This document shows, one piece after another, positions 58,539 to 64,000 of a stretch of 64,000 nucleotides of DNA. The notes beneath the pieces are model-generated. The model was given only the letters and a program-made list of their open reading frames with translations. It was not told the origin of the DNA and did no database searches. The first letter of the stretch is position 1; each line of letters opens with the position of its first letter. Where the stretch lies: positions 13,472-77,471 of the forward strand of contig JBBQKF010000001.1 in assembly GCA_038326615.1 (NCBI GenBank). Direction: 5' to 3'. The stretch is from Saccharofermentanales bacterium. Its GTDB lineage: Bacteria; Bacillota; Clostridia; Saccharofermentanales; UBA5734. The position numbers and the translations under genes are program-made.

Positions 58539-58792
58539 GAAAGTACACTCCTTCTTTATTCTTAACCTTAAGGCCAATTTTGTTATTAGTTTTCAAATTT
58601 AAAAATTCTCTTTATATTTTTATTATAACTAGTGTTTTGTTCTAAATTTTATAAAACAGGACGACCTATTTTTCGTAATATTTCGCTGTCCTCATCAATA
58701 TGTTTATTTACAATTTTTGAAAATCGCCAGAAACTTTTAGATGAATACTTAAACGCACCTCACAAGGGCACTTTTTCAAGGCACATCATAAT

Positions 58793-58831
58793 GTCACTTC
58801 GTAAAGTCACTTCGTAAAGTCACTTCATAAT
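58793..58831. repeat. 13-bp tandem repeat x3 (gtcacttcgtaaa) overlapping the 3' end of the LigB-like gene
   Basis: Two exact copies (58793-58805 and 58806-58818). The third, diverged copy gtcacttcataat (58819-58831) contains the TGA stop and the last codons (IMK) of the CDS. Confidence 0.95.
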
Positions 58832-59668
58832 ATGCGCTTTAGATATTTTTGCAACTAGATATCCAACACCAAAAGGTCCTTCGTATGAATATATTTTGCT
58901 TGTTATGTTTTCGTTATCATTTGCTCCAAAAAGCATGATAAACGATTTCGTTCCACATTCCCCCGCTTCTTCCATTTCATTTGATCCAATAGAAAGAAGT
59001 CCGGAAACATCAGCATTCCGAATAAACTCTACTAGTTTTCGATCGTAAACAATACCTTTCGGTGTATATCCTGCAGGTGCATCAGGTGTAAGTCGATGTG
59101 ACAAATCTCCACTTGCAATGTAGACACAATTTTCATTCGATTTTTCAACAGCTTTTTTGATGCATTTGCCGAAATTATAGATTTTTCCAGAAGACAAAAA
59201 TGGTGTTGAGATATGTACAACTTTGCACATGTGGCGGTTTTTTTCTAGTTCCTGCATAACAAAATGTAATGGCACCATTGTACCATGATCAATTTTGTCA
59301 TAAATTTGAAATTTAGCCTTCTCAAGCTCACTTAAAAAACCAGCATTGATTTTATTCTCCTGAGCAATATTTATGATTTCTATTGCCAGTTCTGCATTAT
59401 TTTCGAAGTTGACAATAATCTCAGGATGCCCAAAATCGCCAAAATTACCAGTCAATCTCTCAGTATCCGAGATAAAAATAAAATCACTAAAACACGGTGC
59501 GTGTGGTGATGAAATAATGATAGTGTCAGGAGCATCTTTGTAAATTTCTCTGGCAATTTCCTGGCAGGCCTCAATTGTCTCAGCTGCCCCAGATTCTCTG
59601 CCACCTCCGATTCCGGGGACAATAATCGGTGGATGTGGGAAAATGTAAGAATTGATAATTTTACCCAT
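58820..59668 (-). CDS. Class III extradiol dioxygenase subunit-B-like (LigB/Memo superfamily) protein
   Basis: 282 aa. YIFPHPPIIVPGIGGG N-terminus and SPHAP block, typical of the LigB-like domain often fused or adjacent to AMMECR1 in Firmicutes. Confidence 0.7.
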   Translation of the reverse strand: MGKIINSYIFPHPPIIVPGIGGGRESGAAETIEACQEIAREIYKDAPDTIIISSPHAPCFSDFIFISDTERLTGNFGDFGHPEIIVNFENNAELAIEIINIAQENKINAGFLSELEKAKFQIYDKIDHGTMVPLHFVMQELEKNRHMCKVVHISTPFLSSGKIYNFGKCIKKAVEKSNENCVYIASGDLSHRLTPDAPAGYTPKGIVYDRKLVEFIRNADVSGLLSIGSNEMEEAGECGTKSFIMLFGANDNENITSKIYSYEGPFGVGYLVAKISKAHIMK

Positions 59669-59728
59669 AAAAGCCTCCTCTCTGGTTTAGAATTCGTCTA
59701 TACCCGCAGCAGGATTTAGTAGCAAATA

Positions 59729-61990
59729 TTAAGTCGTTGTTCTGGATATTTCTTGCATAGTAGTAGCATCAAAAGCAATTACTTTCATATTCATCGAAAT
59801 GTAAATGACATTATTGATATATGCAACACGCGATTGTCCATAATAACCATCAGCTACATCAGCAGGTAATAGTCGCCCCTTTTCAATCAGTGATTTTCCT
59901 GAAACAGAAATAAGCATGGCCCCCATTTTTGCATTAATATTATTACCATCATAAATTAGTCCGCCATCTCCGCCCACCAAATAAACGGGGAAAAGTGCTG
60001 ATAGTTTAGCCTTCCACCACACAAATGCACGAGGATTATATTGTGCTTCAGAATTCGATCCGACACCTCCAATAGCAATGGAATCAAGCTCTTTTGGTGA
60101 TTGTGGATCAGAAACGTCAAACAATGATACTTTAAGTCCGCTTAGAGTACTACCAACTGCAATATCCTTACCGCTTTCGTCTTTTTTGTAGACTGTCTTC
60201 GTGTTTTGTCCAATACCAATCAATAGAGTTGAACTGACAGGATGAAGATAGTTCGAGAAACCAGGTATTTTGAGCTCTCCTACAACTTTAGGTGCTGAAG
60301 GATTTGAAAGGTCTATAACAAAAAGAGGATCCATATTTCTAAACGTAACAACATAACCTGTTTCTTCAACAAACCTCACAGCATAAATTCTCTCACCAGG
60401 AGCAAGATTTGTAACTTTGCCAAGAATATCAAGGTTTTCGCTTAATGTAAAAATGTTATTAGTCGATCCATCGCTGCCCCAACTTGTTGTAGCTATTCTA
60501 AATGTTTTCAAATATTCGTCTACACTATATTGATTGATTATTTGTCCTGGAACCTCTCCTGCCCTATTGAATTGCACTCCACTTGCTGTAATCATAAATT
60601 TCATTATAACAGTGCCTTCTTGTACAGAAGCAACATCTACACTTGCTACTGGAACACTAGCAGTCCCTGTAGAGGCTATGCTAGCTGAGCTTTCTGAATT
60701 TTTGGAAGTTTCTACAATTGTTGATTCTGCCGGCATAGGTTTAATTGAATAACGGTAGAATGGCTGCATTATATATAAGGCAGTATTACTCATGTAAATA
60801 GAATTGCCGGCGCCAAGGACTGTTTCAACAACAACTGGCTCTTGCGTCGTTATGTCAAAACAACTTATTAGTAAGTAATTTGCTGAAACATTCTCTGGGC
60901 AATATTCAATATTTTGAGCAGGAATTAAAATTTCTTGCTTTCCTTTGACAGTATCAGAATATGCTGGCAAGATGTCATCTGCATTAACGTCTTTTTCGGG
61001 GAATGCTTGTATATTACGGTTAGTGATTACATAAAACTTTCCATCTTTTTCACGAGATGAGATAAGGTTCCCATCAAATTTTAATGTTCTTGTTAATGAA
61101 GGAAGTTCCTTATTGTTAACATTGTATACTTTTATTACTGTTAATTGTTTCTGTAAATACCAATAATCAGGAGCTACCATTTTGGCATCAGCCGTTGTGC
61201 TACTTAAGGATTTACCACTTGTCTCAGAAGATTGTGATGGCGTGTCAGTTGGATTTGTAGGGACTGGATTATTTTCGTAAGAAGAACAAATGATCGTAAG
61301 CAAATCGTCTTTAAGGTATAATTCCTGAACAAATTCATTTTTATCGACAATAATTTCACTAATTTTTTTCATTCCTGCTGCTGGATAAACATCCATTATA
61401 GATACTTTATTCTGATTAGCAATATATAGGTATTTGCCATCATTTTTGATTATATCACCTTCATCTATACCACTGACCTGCGTGTTAGTAGATGAAAAAC
61501 CTCCTTGGCCAGATGCATTTGCTGTGGGTGCTTCGTTTCCTGCTTTTTCTCCTGGGGCAACAAGTACTCCATCAAGCATAACTCCACCGCGATAAGCACC
61601 TGAATATGAGACACCCATCTTCTTTAACAGATCAAGGATTTCTTGATATGACTTAAATTTGGGTAGCTTCTTTGAAGAATTTACACTCTTAATTGTAACA
61701 TTGTTATTTTTAACAGTGCCGCTAATTACCTTGCTAATAATGGATGCAGACTTGGTCGGACTAACTGTCGGAGAATTCGTAGCTGTCGGTAACGAGCTCG
61801 AATTTGTATAACTTTCGTTCTCAGGTAAACTTTTTTCAACAACACTATTTGGCAGAACATTGTCATTAGTTTTCGGATTCGAAGAAAAATATGATAACTG
61901 AAATATGCTTAAAGTCAATAATAATACAAATACGCCAGATATTGTTGCCACCGTTTTTTGATTTCTGAAAATATTTTTGAAAATATTCAT
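59729..61990 (-). CDS. Secreted or anchored beta-propeller domain protein (COG4880/Beta_propel-like)
   Basis: About 753 aa. Signal-anchor, Ser/Thr/Pro-rich linker, and a C-terminal region with DPLFVIDLSNPSAPKVVGELKIPGFSNYLHP and LFDVSDPQSPKE. Start set at the ATG at 61990, with GGAGG 8 nt upstream. Confidence 0.7.
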   Translation of the reverse strand: MNIFKNIFRNQKTVATISGVFVLLLTLSIFQLSYFSSNPKTNDNVLPNSVVEKSLPENESYTNSSSLPTATNSPTVSPTKSASIISKVISGTVKNNNVTIKSVNSSKKLPKFKSYQEILDLLKKMGVSYSGAYRGGVMLDGVLVAPGEKAGNEAPTANASGQGGFSSTNTQVSGIDEGDIIKNDGKYLYIANQNKVSIMDVYPAAGMKKISEIIVDKNEFVQELYLKDDLLTIICSSYENNPVPTNPTDTPSQSSETSGKSLSSTTADAKMVAPDYWYLQKQLTVIKVYNVNNKELPSLTRTLKFDGNLISSREKDGKFYVITNRNIQAFPEKDVNADDILPAYSDTVKGKQEILIPAQNIEYCPENVSANYLLISCFDITTQEPVVVETVLGAGNSIYMSNTALYIMQPFYRYSIKPMPAESTIVETSKNSESSASIASTGTASVPVASVDVASVQEGTVIMKFMITASGVQFNRAGEVPGQIINQYSVDEYLKTFRIATTSWGSDGSTNNIFTLSENLDILGKVTNLAPGERIYAVRFVEETGYVVTFRNMDPLFVIDLSNPSAPKVVGELKIPGFSNYLHPVSSTLLIGIGQNTKTVYKKDESGKDIAVGSTLSGLKVSLFDVSDPQSPKELDSIAIGGVGSNSEAQYNPRAFVWWKAKLSALFPVYLVGGDGGLIYDGNNINAKMGAMLISVSGKSLIEKGRLLPADVADGYYGQSRVAYINNVIYISMNMKVIAFDATTMQEISRTTT

Positions 61991-62250
61991 TCTAATAACC
62001 TCCATATTGCATTTTGCATTTAAATCATGAGTAATTATACGTCAAAAAATCTAGATGTTCCATATCACAGCAATATTAAATAATATCAGTAAATTTCTTG
62101 AAGTTATATTATCAGTTACTTTTACGCTAAATAAATCTAGAAGCTCCATTTTACTGTTTTCAGATGAATATCGAGCATAATAGTTATTCAAATATTGGTA
62201 GATAAATTAATTGCACTTCCAATAAATTCATATGAATCTATCCAAAAATA

Positions 62251-62784
62251 CTAAAATTTAATATGGCAGTACCCATTCGGATTCTTCTCAAGATATGATT
62301 GATGATACTCTTCTGCAATAAAGTAATGTTCTAATGGCTTTATTTCAGTAACTATAGGTTTTTTGTACTTGGATTTTTGACTTTCAACAAAAGTTCGGAT
62401 AGTCATTTCATCTTCTTCGTTTTTATAATAAATGCCTGAACGATATTGGGATCCAACATCATTTCCCTGACGATTAAAGCTTGTCGGGTCGATTATTCCG
62501 AAAAATTCTTGTAAAATTCCTTCAAGACTAATTATAGCAGGATCATATTTTACATGAACCGCCTCCGCATGACCGGTGCTATGCTTACAAACATCTTCAT
62601 AAGAAGGATTCAAGGTTTCCCCATTAGCATACCCAACCGTTGTCGCTGCTATACCTTTAACTCTTCGCATAAAAGCGTCAACCCCCCAGAAGCAGCCACC
62701 AGCTAGCCAGATTTCTTCCAACGATTTTTCATTGTAATTAATATTTAAATTAGGGTTTTCAGGTAATCTACTTGAGTTACTCAT
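62251..62784 (-). CDS. msrA: Peptide-methionine (S)-S-oxide reductase
   Basis: 177 aa. GGCFWG active site and GHAEAV block. Confidence 0.95.
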   Translation of the reverse strand: MSNSSRLPENPNLNINYNEKSLEEIWLAGGCFWGVDAFMRRVKGIAATTVGYANGETLNPSYEDVCKHSTGHAEAVHVKYDPAIISLEGILQEFFGIIDPTSFNRQGNDVGSQYRSGIYYKNEEDEMTIRTFVESQKSKYKKPIVTEIKPLEHYFIAEEYHQSYLEKNPNGYCHIKF

Positions 62785-62865
62785 AAATTCTCCTTTTTAT
62801 AATAAAAATGCTTACGATTCTCATTTTTACAAGGCAGTAAAAAATATTAATTTTCGAATAATGTT

Positions 62866-62932
62866 TCGAGTGTCAAAAGCATTGCTTTTCTTTTTTTCAC
62901 ATACAGCTAACCGGCTAACTTTTGACACTCGA
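62866..62932. repeat. 14-bp perfect inverted repeat with a 39-nt loop, downstream of eno
   Basis: tcgagtgtcaaaag (62866-62879) and cttttgacactcga (62919-62932). Confidence 0.8.
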
Positions 62933-62979
62933 ACCAATAATTTAACTTAAAATATTTAACATCTAAAATTATAATATTT

Positions 62980-64000
<1,021 letters not shown>

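Noticed and set aside
62860-62940. tRNA-like GGTTCGA string (plus strand tcgaacc at about 62930)
   Set aside because: The surrounding sequence cannot form a cloverleaf. It is AT-rich with no acceptor or anticodon arms, and the string is part of the 14-bp inverted repeat.

Overview
This looks like a low-GC Firmicutes/Clostridia-type chromosomal segment, transcribed almost entirely on the minus strand.

**Gene content, reading right to left**
- eno (partial), msrA, a secreted beta-propeller protein, and a LigB-like/AMMECR1/radical-SAM triad of the AmmeMemoRadiSam type.
- ybaK, mgtC, YtxH and DUF948 stress proteins, and tdk.
- A short plus-strand patch: a lysA-like decarboxylase, a TrmB-type regulator, bioY with a BirA-type operator, an Eis-like GNAT and an anchored hydrolase.
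- A DeoR-headed locus of about 15 kb (29.3-44.2 kb). A complete lipoamide/TPP dehydrogenase complex (fused E1 alpha-beta, two-lipoyl E2, E3) sits among a RhaA-type isomerase, a class II aldolase, SorE-like and SrlD-like dehydrogenases and a PHP phosphoesterase. No kinase or transporter is present.
- T-box-controlled valS.
- A dcw cluster, mraZ-rsmH-ftsL-pbp-murE-murF-mraY-ftsW-murG-ftsQ-sbp-ftsZ, lacking murD and ftsA.
- nrdR, an orphan OmpR-type regulator with Glu at the phospho-acceptor position, htrA, nth, recG, rsmD, coaD, and a split radical-SAM pair.

I saw no rRNA, tRNA, CRISPR array, transposase or phage gene.

**Most unusual observations**
1. The composite sugar plus 2-oxoacid-dehydrogenase-like locus.
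2. A very high density of short tandem repeats, mostly in intra-operon spacers. Four unrelated tracts share a 13-bp unit, and two start inside a stop codon.
3. Two segments of about 150 bp bounded by the same 19-nt inverted repeat, which are candidate invertible or MITE-like elements.

All functional calls come from reading the translated ORFs and the sequence by eye. No database search was run.
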